In this document: in pieces, positions 21,243 to 31,368 of the stretch
How positions within the stretch are numbered: the first letter of the stretch is position 1
Layout of the letters: the number at the start of each line of letters is the position of its first letter
NCBI GenBank assembly: GCA_963793865.1
Contig: CAWCBP010000006.1
Span: 160,001-224,000 of the forward strand
From: an uncultured delta proteobacterium
GTDB lineage: Bacteria > Desulfobacterota > WTBG01
Direction of reading: 5' to 3'
DNA length: 64,000 nucleotides
Translations under genes and position numbers: made by a program
Notes under the pieces: generated by a model
Databases searched by the model: none
Seen by the model: the letters and a program-made list of their open reading frames with translations, nothing else
Told to the model about the DNA's origin: nothing

Positions 21243-21995
21243 ATGATAGAGCCGCTTATGGTGAGCGAAATGGGCATCGGCACCGGCATGGGTGCAGATG
21301 TGGTGGAGCTGGTGACTCATGCCGGGCTGGTGGTTAAATTGGTGCTGTTGCTGCTGCTCTTCTTTTCCGTCGTTTCCTGGGCCATCATCATTGTCAAGTT
21401 CAGGGTTTTCCGGGCGGCTGAAAGGGAGTCGCAATCATTCCTGGATCTTTTCTGGGGCAGCAGGAACTTTTCCAAGGCATATTTGGAGGCCAAGCGGATG
21501 CTGCGCAGTCCCATCGCCGCAATGTTCAGGGTGGGATACGCGGATGTGGAGAAGATCAGGAAGGACCTGGTTCCCGCCGGGGCATCGCCGCAGCCGGCCA
21601 ACGGCGAGGGTCAGAGAAAGCTGGCGGAGGAGCTGGCCTCCATCGACCGGACCCTGAAGCGGGTGGCGGGCACTGAAATTACCAGGCTGGAGCGCGCCCT
21701 CACCTTTTTGGCAACCACCGGCAACGCCTCCCCCTTCATCGGGCTTTTCGGCACGGTGTGGGGCATCATGGACGCCTTCCGGCAGATAGGCTTCAGGGGT
21801 TCAACCAGCCTGGCCATCGTGGCGCCGGGAATTTCGGAGGCGCTCATTGCCACGGCGATGGGTTTGTTTGCCGCCATCCCCGCGGTGGTGGCCTACAATT
21901 ATTATCTGAACAAGATGCGGGTGATGACCTCGCAGATGGAAAGTTTTTCCGCCGAGTTTTTAAATATCGTGGAGAGACATCTCAAGGGCTTGTAG
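21243..21995 (+). CDS. tolQ: TolQ
   Basis: SPFIGLFGTVWGIM, VAPGISEALIATA.GLFAAIPA. Confidence 0.94.
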   Translation: MIEPLMVSEMGIGTGMGADVVELVTHAGLVVKLVLLLLLFFSVVSWAIIIVKFRVFRAAERESQSFLDLFWGSRNFSKAYLEAKRMLRSPIAAMFRVGYADVEKIRKDLVPAGASPQPANGEGQRKLAEELASIDRTLKRVAGTEITRLERALTFLATTGNASPFIGLFGTVWGIMDAFRQIGFRGSTSLAIVAPGISEALIATAMGLFAAIPAVVAYNYYLNKMRVMTSQMESFSAEFLNIVERHLKGL

Positions 21996-22044
21996 AAGCT
22001 TGCAGGTTCACGTCCGAGAATTCTTCTCCAGAAAGATCTGTAAG

Positions 22045-22098
22045 CGGTAGGAGCGGCTTAAAGCCGCGAACACATCGCGCCTGAAGGCGCTCCTACCG
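22045..22098. repeat. GTAG-type REP doublet (REPIN-like inverted pair)
   Basis: CGGTAGGAGCGGCTTAAAGCCGCGA...TCGCGCCTGAAGGCGCTCCTACCG; terminal inverted repeat plus internal hairpins. Confidence 0.75.
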
Positions 22099-22163
22099 GA
22101 ATTTCAAATATCTTTGGCTGGGCTTTGTGGCGGCGGGGCGCCGCACGCTTCCGGAGGCAGTTC

Positions 22164-22577
22164 ATGAATGTAGGCAATGATTCAAAGCGGTTTCTCGCCG
22201 AAATAAACGTTACCCCCTTCGTGGATGTTATGCTGGTGCTGCTGATCATCTTCATGGTGACCGCCCCCATGATGCAGGAAGGCATCAATGTAAACCTTCC
22301 CCAGGCCCAGGGCAAGAGCCTCCCCTCCAAGGAGAAGCGAATCACCATCTCCATCACCAAATCCAGCGAGATCTTTCTCAACGAGCGGAAGGTCGAATTT
22401 TCCCTCCTGGAGGATACCCTGAAAAAAATTTACCAGAACCGCTCGGACCGGGAAATCTTTCTCAGGGCCGATCAGACCGTTCCCTACGGCTTCGTGGTGA
22501 AAACCATGGGGGCCATAAAAAGCGCGGGCATTGAGCAGCTGGGCATGATAACCGTCCCGCTTGAAACCAGGGGATAA
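22164..22577 (+). CDS. tolR: TolR
   Basis: EINVTPFVDVMLVLLIIFMVTAP, RADQTVPYG. Confidence 0.94.
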   Translation: MNVGNDSKRFLAEINVTPFVDVMLVLLIIFMVTAPMMQEGINVNLPQAQGKSLPSKEKRITISITKSSEIFLNERKVEFSLLEDTLKKIYQNRSDREIFLRADQTVPYGFVVKTMGAIKSAGIEQLGMITVPLETRG

Positions 22578-22582
22578 AAGCT

Positions 22583-23500
22583 GTGCAGCTTATGCCTAAT
22601 AGCCCGGCCTCCGAGCCCCGGTTGATGTGGGGCATCGTCATCTCCTCCGCCGTTCACCTTATTCTCATTACCGTGCTGGTGGGAATGCCGTCCCTGTTCA
22701 GGCCGGAGAGAACCTATTTTTCATCGGCCTATCGGGTGAGCCTGGTGGACATGCCCGGCGGCAAGCCGGGCGGGGGAAAGGAAGGACCGGGGGCGGGGGA
22801 TGCGGCCAAAAAGGTGGCGGTGACCGAGGTGCCGCAGAAGCCCCCGGCAGCGCCGGCACCGGCAAGGAAGGAGGCCGTCGAGAAGCCGGCGGTGGAGGAG
22901 AAAAAGGCGGGGGTAACCATAACCGATAAGCAGGACAGGAAGAGCGCCCCTTCCGCGGCCCCGCAAAAGCAGAAGGCGGCCGATGCGGAGAAGGAGTACT
23001 CCAGTGCCCTGGGCAGGATACGGGATAAGGTCGGCGATCAGCGGAAGGAGGAAGCGCTGTCGCGCATCCGCGAAAATATTGCCGGCGGCGGAGCGGCCGG
23101 CGCGGTCGCGGGAGGAACCGGACCGGGTGAGGGGCCGGGGGGAGACGGCAGAGGCGGGGTGGGCCCCGGGGGAGGAAGGATAGCCAATCTGCCCCTGAAC
23201 TACAGAATGTACTATCAGGCCATTGAGCAGAAAATAAAGAGCAACTGGAACCTGGCGCTGCCGCGCGGCATCCTTGAAGATATGCGCGGTATGGAAGTGG
23301 TCATCGGCATTACCATCGCCCCGGATGGAGAAATTACCGATGTCTCCTTTGAGCAGAAAACGGGGAATATCTATCTTGATGATTCAGCCTACCGGGCGGT
23401 GAAAAAAAGCAGCCCCCTGCCGCCGTTTGCCGACTACAATATCCGGGAGTCGTCGTTCGAAACCGGCATTGTGTTCCCGGTGGGTGAATTATTAGCATGA
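22583..23500 (+). CDS. tolA: TolA/TonB family energy transducer
   Basis: N-terminal TM with SAVH, Ala/Lys/Gly-rich linker, TonB_C-like D.SA.RAV...PLPP; between tolR and tolB. Confidence 0.8.
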   Translation: MQLMPNSPASEPRLMWGIVISSAVHLILITVLVGMPSLFRPERTYFSSAYRVSLVDMPGGKPGGGKEGPGAGDAAKKVAVTEVPQKPPAAPAPARKEAVEKPAVEEKKAGVTITDKQDRKSAPSAAPQKQKAADAEKEYSSALGRIRDKVGDQRKEEALSRIRENIAGGGAAGAVAGGTGPGEGPGGDGRGGVGPGGGRIANLPLNYRMYYQAIEQKIKSNWNLALPRGILEDMRGMEVVIGITIAPDGEITDVSFEQKTGNIYLDDSAYRAVKKSSPLPPFADYNIRESSFETGIVFPVGELLA

Positions 23501-23504
23501 GGGT

Positions 23505-24821
23505 ATGATGAAAAAGATAATCACATTGTGCATGTGTCTTTCTATGCTGGGCGCGGCTCGCAGCCTGCCGGCCAAGATCTATATTTATATTGATGCGCCG
23601 GCGACCTCCAAGTTTCCCGTTGCCATAGAGCCCTTCAAAAATATGAGCGGGGCGCCGGGCGTCAATGACGTCGCCTCCACGCTGTCAACCGTCATCTCCG
23701 GTGACCTTGAGATAAGCGGGCTGTTCCGCCTGATTGACCCCAAAACCTTTATTGCCAATCCTGCCGACCAGGACATAGCCGGCGACCGCATCAAATGGGA
23801 TGACTGGTCCCTGCTCGGTGCCGAGGCGCTGGCCAGGGGAGGTGTGTACCAGGAGGAAAAGGGGCTGCGGGTGGAGGCGCGCCTCTATGATGTTGTCAGG
23901 GGCAGCTTTCTCTCGGGCAAGCGCTACTTCGGAGAGGCGGGGGACGCGCGGCTGATGGGACACAAGTTTGCCGATGAGATCATCTATCAGCTCACCGGCC
24001 AGAAGGGTATTTTTCAAACCAAAATCGCATTTGTATCGGACCGCACCGGCCGCAAGGAGGCGTACCTCGTCGATTTTGACGGCAAGAACCAGACCCAGGT
24101 CACCAGTCACCGCTCCATTGTCCTTTCGCCCGCCTGGTCGCCCGACGGCAAAAAGCTGCTGTACACTTCTTATAAGAGCGGCAATCCCGATGTGTACCTG
24201 AGGGACCTCTTCCAAGGGCAGGAAACAAAAATGTCCCATTATCGGGGCATCAATTTGGCCCCTGACTGGTCACCGGACGGGGGAAAAATAGTGTTGACCC
24301 TGAGCGAAGACAATGGTAATTCAGACCTTTATCTGATCAGCCCCCAGGGCGAGAAGCTCAAGCGGCTTACAAAAGAATGGGCAAATGATGTTTCCCCCTG
24401 CTGGTCACCGGACGGCAGGGAAATCGCGTTTGTTTCCAACCGCGCGGGAAATCCGCAAATCTACATCATGGAGGTATCGACCGAAAAGGTGAGACGCCTT
24501 ACCTTTGCCGGGGGCTACAACACCTCGCCGGCCTGGTCTCCCCGGGGGGACAGGATCGCTTACGCCTCCATGGCGGGCAGCGCCTTTTCCATATGCACCA
24601 TTAATACCGACGGCAGCAATCCCCGGCAGCTGACCGATGCCGGCAGCTGCGAAAGTCCCTCATGGTCGCCGGATGGCAGGCACATTGCGTTTTCCTCCAG
24701 CCGGGCCGGCAAAAAGAAGATTTATACAATGCTTGCGGATGGTTCCGGCGTCAGGCCGGTGACGGGCGGGGAGGGCAATGACACCAATCCCAGCTGGTCG
24801 CCCTATATCGACTACCGTTAA
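23505..24821 (+). CDS. tolB: TolB
   Basis: Repeated P.WSPDG (PD40) motifs, HKFADEI. Confidence 0.95.
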   Translation: MMKKIITLCMCLSMLGAARSLPAKIYIYIDAPATSKFPVAIEPFKNMSGAPGVNDVASTLSTVISGDLEISGLFRLIDPKTFIANPADQDIAGDRIKWDDWSLLGAEALARGGVYQEEKGLRVEARLYDVVRGSFLSGKRYFGEAGDARLMGHKFADEIIYQLTGQKGIFQTKIAFVSDRTGRKEAYLVDFDGKNQTQVTSHRSIVLSPAWSPDGKKLLYTSYKSGNPDVYLRDLFQGQETKMSHYRGINLAPDWSPDGGKIVLTLSEDNGNSDLYLISPQGEKLKRLTKEWANDVSPCWSPDGREIAFVSNRAGNPQIYIMEVSTEKVRRLTFAGGYNTSPAWSPRGDRIAYASMAGSAFSICTINTDGSNPRQLTDAGSCESPSWSPDGRHIAFSSSRAGKKKIYTMLADGSGVRPVTGGEGNDTNPSWSPYIDYR

Positions 24822-24864
24822 GCACACAATAACCCGGTAACATGGTTTTTTGAAAGGAGATGCG

Positions 24865-25416
24865 ATGGAGACAATGAAGAGGAGTCTGTGTCTGCTGGCT
24901 GTGATCATCTTCGCCGTGAGCCTTGTTTCTCTCACCGCGTGTTCACGCCGGTCGGTCAAAAAGGACCGGAGGGGCGGCGAGACGCTGGAGGAGGAGGCAA
25001 TGAAGCCCATGAGTGAGGAAGGGATCAGCGAGCAGGAGCTGGAGGAGGCCCGGAGGAAGGTTGCCGAACTCCGGGGGAGGGAAGGGACCGGCCTGGCAAC
25101 GGTCTACTTTGACTTCAACGATTTTTCCTTAAGCGAGCAGGCCAAGTCCTCCCTTGCCCAGAACGCCGCCTGGCTGATGAATAATCCGGGCCGGGACGTG
25201 ATCATCGAGGGGCACTGTGACGAGCGGGGCACTGATGAGTATAACATCGCACTGGGAGAGCGGCGTGCCAACAGCGCCAAGCGCTATCTGATAAGCCTGG
25301 GCGTCAATGCCGCCCAGCTTTCAACCATCAGCTTCGGCGAAGAGCGGCCTTCCGTTCAGGGGTACACTGAGGACGCCTGGGCCAAAAACAGAAGGGCGGA
25401 ATTTGTCGTCCAGTAA
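24865..25416 (+). CDS. pal: Peptidoglycan-associated lipoprotein
   Basis: Lipobox LTAC, IEGHCDERGT.EYN.ALGERRA, KNRRAEF. Confidence 0.95.
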   Translation: METMKRSLCLLAVIIFAVSLVSLTACSRRSVKKDRRGGETLEEEAMKPMSEEGISEQELEEARRKVAELRGREGTGLATVYFDFNDFSLSEQAKSSLAQNAAWLMNNPGRDVIIEGHCDERGTDEYNIALGERRANSAKRYLISLGVNAAQLSTISFGEERPSVQGYTEDAWAKNRRAEFVVQ

Positions 25417-25489
25417 ACCATCTGCCTGAGCAATGCCCGCACGCCGCGCGCGTGACCGGCACAACTCCGGCATAGAAGAGGTGGCCACC

Positions 25490-26329
25490 TTGAAAACATA
25501 CCATCATCTGTTCGTTCTGTGCTGCCTGATCGCGCTGGCGGGGTGCATCGCTCCCGCAACCCAGGGCGATCTCAGCACGCTTGACAAAAAGGTTATCCGG
25601 CAGAGAAAAGAAGTGCAGGAGGTCCGCCAGAAGCAGGCCGACCTGGAGACGCAGGTCGACGCGGTGAAGGCTGACATGCAGCGCCTGGGAGGAACCGTGG
25701 AAGAGGGCAAGCATTATGCCCAGAAGGCATCTGATGATGCCATCGCCCTCCAGGAGACCCTTTCCACCCACATCGGCAAAAATGACCAGGAGCTGCGCCA
25801 GCTCCAGGAAGAAGTGGCGATGATAAAAACCATGCTGGGCATGAAGGTGACCGAACCCCCCGCCGCACCCGACCTGAAGCTGCGGGAGGACTACCCCCCG
25901 GCGGCGGCACCGGCCGCTTCGCCCCCGGGTAATCTGGCCAATGTAGCCGGCAGCCCGGATCCGGAGGAGCTGTACAACAGCGGCTATTCAAAGCTGAGCA
26001 AGGGAGATTTTAAAGGCGCGCGGGAGGAATTTAAAAAATTTCTGGAGCTGTTTCCCCAGACCGAGTATTCGGACAACGCCCAGTTCGGCATCGGCGAGAC
26101 CTACTATAAAGAGAAGAAATACGAGGAGGCCATCCTGGAATATGAAGAGGTGGTCAAAAAATTTCCCCAGGGGAACAAGCTTCCCGACGCCATGCTCAAG
26201 CAGGCCTTTGCCTTCATAGCCCTCAATGATTCAAACAGCGCCAAGCTGCTGCTGCAGAAAATCACCGAGCGCTTCCCTTCCTCCGAGCAGGCGGAAATAG
26301 CGCGCAGCAAGCTCAGGACCCTGAAATAA
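25490..26329 (+). CDS. cpoB: Tol-Pal TPR protein CpoB/YbgF
   Basis: Lipobox LAGC, coiled coil, C-terminal TPRs; follows pal. Confidence 0.9.
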   Translation: MKTYHHLFVLCCLIALAGCIAPATQGDLSTLDKKVIRQRKEVQEVRQKQADLETQVDAVKADMQRLGGTVEEGKHYAQKASDDAIALQETLSTHIGKNDQELRQLQEEVAMIKTMLGMKVTEPPAAPDLKLREDYPPAAAPAASPPGNLANVAGSPDPEELYNSGYSKLSKGDFKGAREEFKKFLELFPQTEYSDNAQFGIGETYYKEKKYEEAILEYEEVVKKFPQGNKLPDAMLKQAFAFIALNDSNSAKLLLQKITERFPSSEQAEIARSKLRTLK

Positions 26330-26341
26330 CGGGCGCCCGTT

Positions 26342-26989
26342 TTACTGTTTTCGGGCCTTGTTCCAGTCTGACAGGAACGCCTCGACCCCCAGGTCCGTCA
26401 GGGGGTGCCTGATGAGCTGTTCAATCACCTTGTATGGAACCGTCGCGATGTCTGCCCCCATGAGGGCGGCGTCGAGGAGATGAAGGGGGTTCCGTACACT
26501 TGCAACAATCACCTCGGTGGGGAAATCGTAGTTATCGTAAATGGTGAGAATCTGTTCCACCAGGTCCATGCCCGGGTGGGAGATATCATCCAGCCTGCCC
26601 ACAAAGGGGCTGACGTAGGAGGCGCCCGCCTTGGCGGCAAGCAGCGCCTGGGCGGGTGAAAAGACCAGGGTCATGTTCACCCGTGTCCCCTCGCTCGCCA
26701 GTTCCCTGGTGGCAAGAAGCCCCTCCCTGGTCATGGGAAGCTTGATCACCACATTGGGGTGCAGGGCGGCCAGCCCGCGCGCCTCGCCGACCATCTCCGG
26801 CGCCGTGGTGCTCACCACCTCGACGCTGATGGGTCCGTTGACGATCGAGCAGATCTCCTCTATCAGCGGGATGAATTCCTTTCCTGTTTTGGCAATCAGA
26901 CTGGGATTGGTGGTGACCCCGTCAATGAGCCCCAGCCGGTTCGCCTCCCTGATTTCATCAATCATCGCGGTATCGATAAAAATTTTCAT
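26342..26989 (-). CDS. Transaldolase / fructose-6-phosphate aldolase (short TalC/Fsa type)
   Basis: [33 protein letters not shown]. Confidence 0.93.
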   Translation of the reverse strand: MKIFIDTAMIDEIREANRLGLIDGVTTNPSLIAKTGKEFIPLIEEICSIVNGPISVEVVSTTAPEMVGEARGLAALHPNVVIKLPMTREGLLATRELASEGTRVNMTLVFSPAQALLAAKAGASYVSPFVGRLDDISHPGMDLVEQILTIYDNYDFPTEVIVASVRNPLHLLDAALMGADIATVPYKVIEQLIRHPLTDLGVEAFLSDWNKARKQ

Positions 26990-27024
26990 GGCTTCTCCTT
27001 CTTCCCGGGGCTGTGCCGGCCCCG

Positions 27025-27291
27025 CTAGCTGTTTTCCGGTTTGTCCTCAAGATACTTGTTCATGCATTCCCGGCTGCAGAAGTAAACGGTTTCCCCCGCT
27101 ACCCGCGCGGTGAGGGCTTCGCGCCGGGGAATGTATACCCGGCAGACCGGGTCAATGACCATTTCATCAACGATGGCGGGGCCGGATGCCGGATCCCGTC
27201 TGCCCTGCTGTTTGGGCGCGGCAATAAAGATGCCCCTGATGAGGCGGTAGAGGAGGTACAAGAGAAGGGCAAAAATGATAAATCGCATCAC
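27025..27291 (-). CDS. Small membrane-anchored YHS/TRASH-domain protein
   Basis: N-terminal TM, DPVC..Y, YFCSREC. Confidence 0.8.
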   Translation of the reverse strand: MMRFIIFALLLYLLYRLIRGIFIAAPKQQGRRDPASGPAIVDEMVIDPVCRVYIPRREALTARVAGETVYFCSRECMNKYLEDKPENS

Positions 27292-27788
27292 TGGTTTTCT
27301 CGTTCCACTTTCACCACCCGCCGGGTGTCGCGGAGTTCGGCGACCAGCCGGGAGATGGTTTTGTTGTGAACCGGGTGCACGAGCTGCGGCGCTATTTCCG
27401 CAAGCGGGACCAGGACAAAGCCCCGTTCGCCCAGGCGCCCGTGGGGAATGGTAAGCTCCGGAGACTTAATGACGCGGTCGCCGTAGAGCAGGATATCGAG
27501 GTCAATGGTGCGGGGCCCGAAGGGCACGGTTTTGCGCCGTCCCAGTTTTTCTTCAAGCTCCTTCAGAAATCGAAGCAGCTCCAGGGGGGCAAGCCCTGTT
27601 TCCACCTTCAGCACCAAATTGATGAATTCATCCTGATCATGGTAGCCCCAGGGCTCGGTCAGATACCATGATGATTGATCGAGAATCCCGGTGTGGCCGG
27701 ATGAGGCAATCTGCGCTATTGCCGCGGCACAGTGAGCGTGCCGGTCACCCTGGTTTGAGCCGACGCCGAGGTACGCAATGACCGCCAT
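27288..27788 (-). CDS. folK: 6-hydroxymethyl-7,8-dihydropterin pyrophosphokinase
   Basis: GVGSNQG, GPRTIDLDIL, IPH, RGFVLVPL.EI. Confidence 0.95.
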   Translation of the reverse strand: MAVIAYLGVGSNQGDRHAHCAAAIAQIASSGHTGILDQSSWYLTEPWGYHDQDEFINLVLKVETGLAPLELLRFLKELEEKLGRRKTVPFGPRTIDLDILLYGDRVIKSPELTIPHGRLGERGFVLVPLAEIAPQLVHPVHNKTISRLVAELRDTRRVVKVERENQ

Positions 27789-27797
27789 AGCCTCTCA

Positions 27798-27858
27798 CAG
27801 GCTGTTGAAAAACGCCCATCTGATTTGTGGCGGGGCAGGGCTTTTGACGCCACAACAA
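27798..27858 (+). repeat. Dispersed repeat copy 2
   Basis: CAGGCTGTTGAAAAACGCCCATCTGATTTG...GGGCTTTTGACGCCACAACAA shared with the 30643 copy. Confidence 0.8.
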
Positions 27859-27924
27859 TGTGTCTTTACGCTTGCGGCATCCCCCGGTGCCTTACGGCTT
27901 TACATCGCATTACGCGCCGGTGAA

Positions 27925-29087
27925 TCAGAGGGCCTTTATTCTCTTCACCGCTTCCGCAATCAGCGACTTGTCGACGGTCAGGGCCATGCGGATGTAGCCC
28001 TCGCCCGCGGCGCCGAAACCGTTGCCGGGCGTGGTAACGATCCCGGCCCGGGTGAGCAGGTGGGCGGTGAATGATTCCGAGCTGAAGCCGGGCGGAACGG
28101 TTATCCAGAGGTAAAAGGTGGCCCTGGGGACGGCCACATCGAGGCCTGCTTCCTTCAATCCGGCGGTGAGCAGATCCCGCCGCTCCTGATAAATATCTCG
28201 TAAGGCATCAAGGTAGGTCTGGTCCCCGGAGAGGGCGGTTATTCCCGCCTCCTGAATGGCCTGGGATACGCCGGAATCGATGTTGGTCTTGACCTGCCCC
28301 AGCGCGGCAACGATCTCCGCGTTGCCGACCACAAAGGCGATGCGCCAGCCGGTCATGTTGTAGGTTTTGGAAAGGGAGTGAAACTCGACGGCCACCTCCT
28401 TCGCCCCGGGGATCTCCAGTATGCTGGGGGGACGGTAGCCGTCAAAGCAGAGTTCCGTGTAGGCGGCATCATGGCACAGGATGATCCCGTGCCGGCGCGC
28501 AAAGTCAACCGCCTCTTCGTAAAAGGAGCGGTCGGCCACGGCGGCGGTGGGATTGTTGGGATAGTTGAGGTACATGAGCTTTGTCAGCCGCAGCACCTCC
28601 GCGGGTATGGCGGAGAAATCGGGCAGGAAATTGTTTTGTTTGAGCAGGGGCATGAAGTGCGGCTGCCCGCCGGCGAAAAGGGTGGCGGTGTTGTAGACCG
28701 GATAACCGGGATCGGGCACGAGCACGATGTCGCCCGGATTGATGAACGCCAGGGGGATGTGGGCGATGCCCTCCTTGGATCCGATCAGGGCAATGACTTC
28801 CGTGGCGGGATCGAGGCTTACCCCGAATCGCTGCCGGTACCAGCGTGCCGCTGCCTCCCGGAATTCGGGCATGCCGCTGTAACCGGATAGCGGTGGTTTT
28901 TGGGATCGAGGGCCGCCTGCTGCAGGGCGGCAATGATGTGGCCGGGGGTGGGCAGATCGGGATCGCCGATCCCCAGGTCTATAAGGCTTGTACCCTTCTT
29001 CAGCATCTCTGATTTCATCACGTCGATCTTGGCAAAAAGATAGGGCGGCAGGTTTTTGATGCGATCCGCTTTTGCAATCCTGATCAT
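27925..29087 (-). CDS. dapL: LL-diaminopimelate aminotransferase; 1-nt frameshift near 28885 (probable sequencing error)
   Basis: LPPYLF, DLGIGDPD..TP, NHRYP in one frame; GMPEFR, GSKEG, NYPNNPT, SLSKTYNMTGWR in the next; adjacent to dapB. Confidence 0.88.
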
Positions 29088-29105
29088 GTGGGTACAGTTC
29101 CTTTC

Positions 29106-29939
29106 CTACGCGTCGCCCGGTTCACCCGGCGCTGATGATGAAAGTCCTAAAACGTCAAGCATGTCGTACAGGCCGGGCGGCTGTCCGGCTACCCAGGCGG
29201 CGGCCCGCACGGCGCCGGCGGCGAAGGTGTCCCGGCTGTGCGCGCGGTGGGTGATTTCCAGCCGCTCGCCCTCCCCGGCGAAGAGCACGGTGTGATCTCC
29301 CACGATGTCACCGGCCCTGACAACCTGGATGCCGATCTCATCACGGCGCCGGGCCCCGATGAGCCCCTTTCGCCCGTGCACGGCAACCGACTCCAGGTCC
29401 CGGTTCATCGCATCCGCCAGGATGTGGGCCATTTTGACGGCGGTGCCGCTGGGCGCGTCCTTTTTCAGGCGGTGGTGTGATTCGATGATCTCCATGTCAT
29501 ACCGGTCCTGCAGCAGCCGCGCGACCCGCTCTATGAGGGTGAACATGATGTTGACGCCGACGCTCATGTTGGGGGAACAGACACAGGGAACAACCCGGGC
29601 CAGTTCCCTGATGCGGTCGCTCTGCGCCGGTGAAAATCCGGTTGTCCCGATCACCGCCGCGGTGCGCCTGGAAGCGGCCCACTCCATGTGCGCAAGCGAC
29701 GATTCGGGGGCGGTGAAGTCGATAATCACATCAGGCTGAGGAGTAATCAGTGCCAGGCTGTCCACTACCGTGACGGGAGACTTCCCCGCCCCGGGCATCT
29801 CTGCCGCATCTGAACCGATCCCGGGGTGGCCCTGCTGCTCGGTGGCCCCGGCCAGCTCCATGCCTTCCGCCCGGCTTACGGCCCGAATGACGGCCATTCC
29901 CATCCTGCCGCACGCGCCGGTAACCGCACACCTGATCAT
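29106..29939 (-). CDS. dapB: 4-hydroxy-tetrahydrodipicolinate reductase
   Basis: GACGRMG, IDFT, GTTG, ESHHRLKKDAPSGTA, RAGDIVG. Confidence 0.96.
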   Translation of the reverse strand: MIRCAVTGACGRMGMAVIRAVSRAEGMELAGATEQQGHPGIGSDAAEMPGAGKSPVTVVDSLALITPQPDVIIDFTAPESSLAHMEWAASRRTAAVIGTTGFSPAQSDRIRELARVVPCVCSPNMSVGVNIMFTLIERVARLLQDRYDMEIIESHHRLKKDAPSGTAVKMAHILADAMNRDLESVAVHGRKGLIGARRRDEIGIQVVRAGDIVGDHTVLFAGEGERLEITHRAHSRDTFAAGAVRAAAWVAGQPPGLYDMLDVLGLSSSAPGEPGDA

Positions 29940-30162
29940 GACACCTCCGTTCCCTGCATTTCGCCTTTCAAGGATACGGATACTTACTATAAATCGGCTT
30001 TAAAATAAAGCCCTTTTTTCCTGAAGCGGAAAGGTTTTTGTCCGATATGCATTATGCGCTTGATTTTTCCGGGAAAAGAAATTATTGACAGTGCTGCATG
30101 ACGGCAGGTTTGTTTTCAAACGCGATCCTTTGCAATGCAAGATGCGGGGAAAAGAGAGGCGG

Positions 30163-30612
30163 ATGCGGGCGGTCATCCAGCGGGTGAAAGAGGCGCGGGT
30201 TGAGGTGAGCGGCAGGACGGTGGGGGCCATCGGCCGGGGCCTGCTGGTGCTTCTGGGCATAGAGCGCTCGGACAGCGAGGGGGATGCCGACTATCTGGTT
30301 TCCAAGATCGTTCATCTGCGCGTCTTTGAAGACGGTGATCAGAAATTCAACCTCTCCCTCAAGGATGTCGGGGGAGCGGTGCTGGTGGTTTCCCAGTTTA
30401 CCCTTCTGGGGGACTGCCGCAAGGGGCGCAGGCCGTCCTTTGACGCCGCCGCCCCTCCCGATAAAGCGCGCGGGCTTTATGAGTATTTCATCGCCTCGAT
30501 TGTCCGTAACGGCCTCGCCGCGGCCTCCGGTGAATTCCAGGCCTCCATGCAGGTCTGCCTGGTCAATGACGGCCCGGTGACCGTGCTGCTTGACAGCAAA
30601 AAGGCATTTTGA
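30163..30612 (+). CDS. dtd: D-aminoacyl-tRNA deacylase
   Basis: [26 protein letters not shown]. Confidence 0.96.
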   Translation: MRAVIQRVKEARVEVSGRTVGAIGRGLLVLLGIERSDSEGDADYLVSKIVHLRVFEDGDQKFNLSLKDVGGAVLVVSQFTLLGDCRKGRRPSFDAAAPPDKARGLYEYFIASIVRNGLAAASGEFQASMQVCLVNDGPVTVLLDSKKAF

Positions 30613-30642
30613 CCGTTCGGTGCACAGATCGTACGTTTCTAG

Positions 30643-30726
30643 CAGGTTGTTGAAAAACACCCATCTGATTTGAGGCTCAAAAGGGGAAGGGGCTTTTGAC
30701 GCCACAACAAAATTATTCAGAGCCTG
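30643..30726 (+). repeat. Dispersed repeat copy 3, MITE-like with imperfect terminal inverted repeats
   Basis: Starts CAGGTTGTTGAAAAA, ends TTATTCAGAGCCTG. Confidence 0.7.
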
Positions 30727-30870
30727 AAGAACGACAGCAACTCTCTAACTTTGTCCGACAGACCCGGATCATTTACAAAAAGCGGACGCTGTGATATGTA
30801 GAAGCACCATGCGTGATTCCTGGTGTTACTCCTGTTCAGGGTGGCGCACTCTCACGATGCCATGTACACA

Positions 30871-31368
30871 ATGAAGCTTGTCAAGGAAGTCATCTGGATA
30901 CTCAGCATATCCTGCATCTGCGGGCTGGTCTTCAACGCCTTTTCGCCCAACGGCATCAACGTGCTCGATAATCCCTGGTCGCGAAAGGTTGCGGCAGGCG
31001 GCAGCGAGGCGGAGGATCCCATTGTTTTCGTGGGTATCGAACGCGTCTGTCAGTTTATCGAAAACCGGGAGGGAATCGTTCTGGACGCTAGAAACCCCAG
31101 GGAGTACGCGGAGGCGCACATTCCCGGAGCCCAGCTCCTGTTTTTCTACGGCATGAATGAATACTATCCCGCCCTGGAAGAGAAACTCCGCGCTGCGCCG
31201 GCCTTTTTGACCTATTGCAGCGACATTCACTGTGAGGACAGCGAGTTTCTGGCCAATGAACTGCTCAACTTGAACCACATGCCGGTGTACGTCTATAAGG
31301 GCGGCATGGCTGACTGGATAAGCAACCAGATGCCCGTGGCCAGGGGTATGGAGGAACAGGCGCCGTGA
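30871..31368 (+). CDS. Membrane-anchored rhodanese-like domain protein
   Basis: N-terminal TM, LDAR...Y...HIPGA, YCSDIHC, VY.GG...W. Confidence 0.85.
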   Translation: MKLVKEVIWILSISCICGLVFNAFSPNGINVLDNPWSRKVAAGGSEAEDPIVFVGIERVCQFIENREGIVLDARNPREYAEAHIPGAQLLFFYGMNEYYPALEEKLRAAPAFLTYCSDIHCEDSEFLANELLNLNHMPVYVYKGGMADWISNQMPVARGMEEQAP

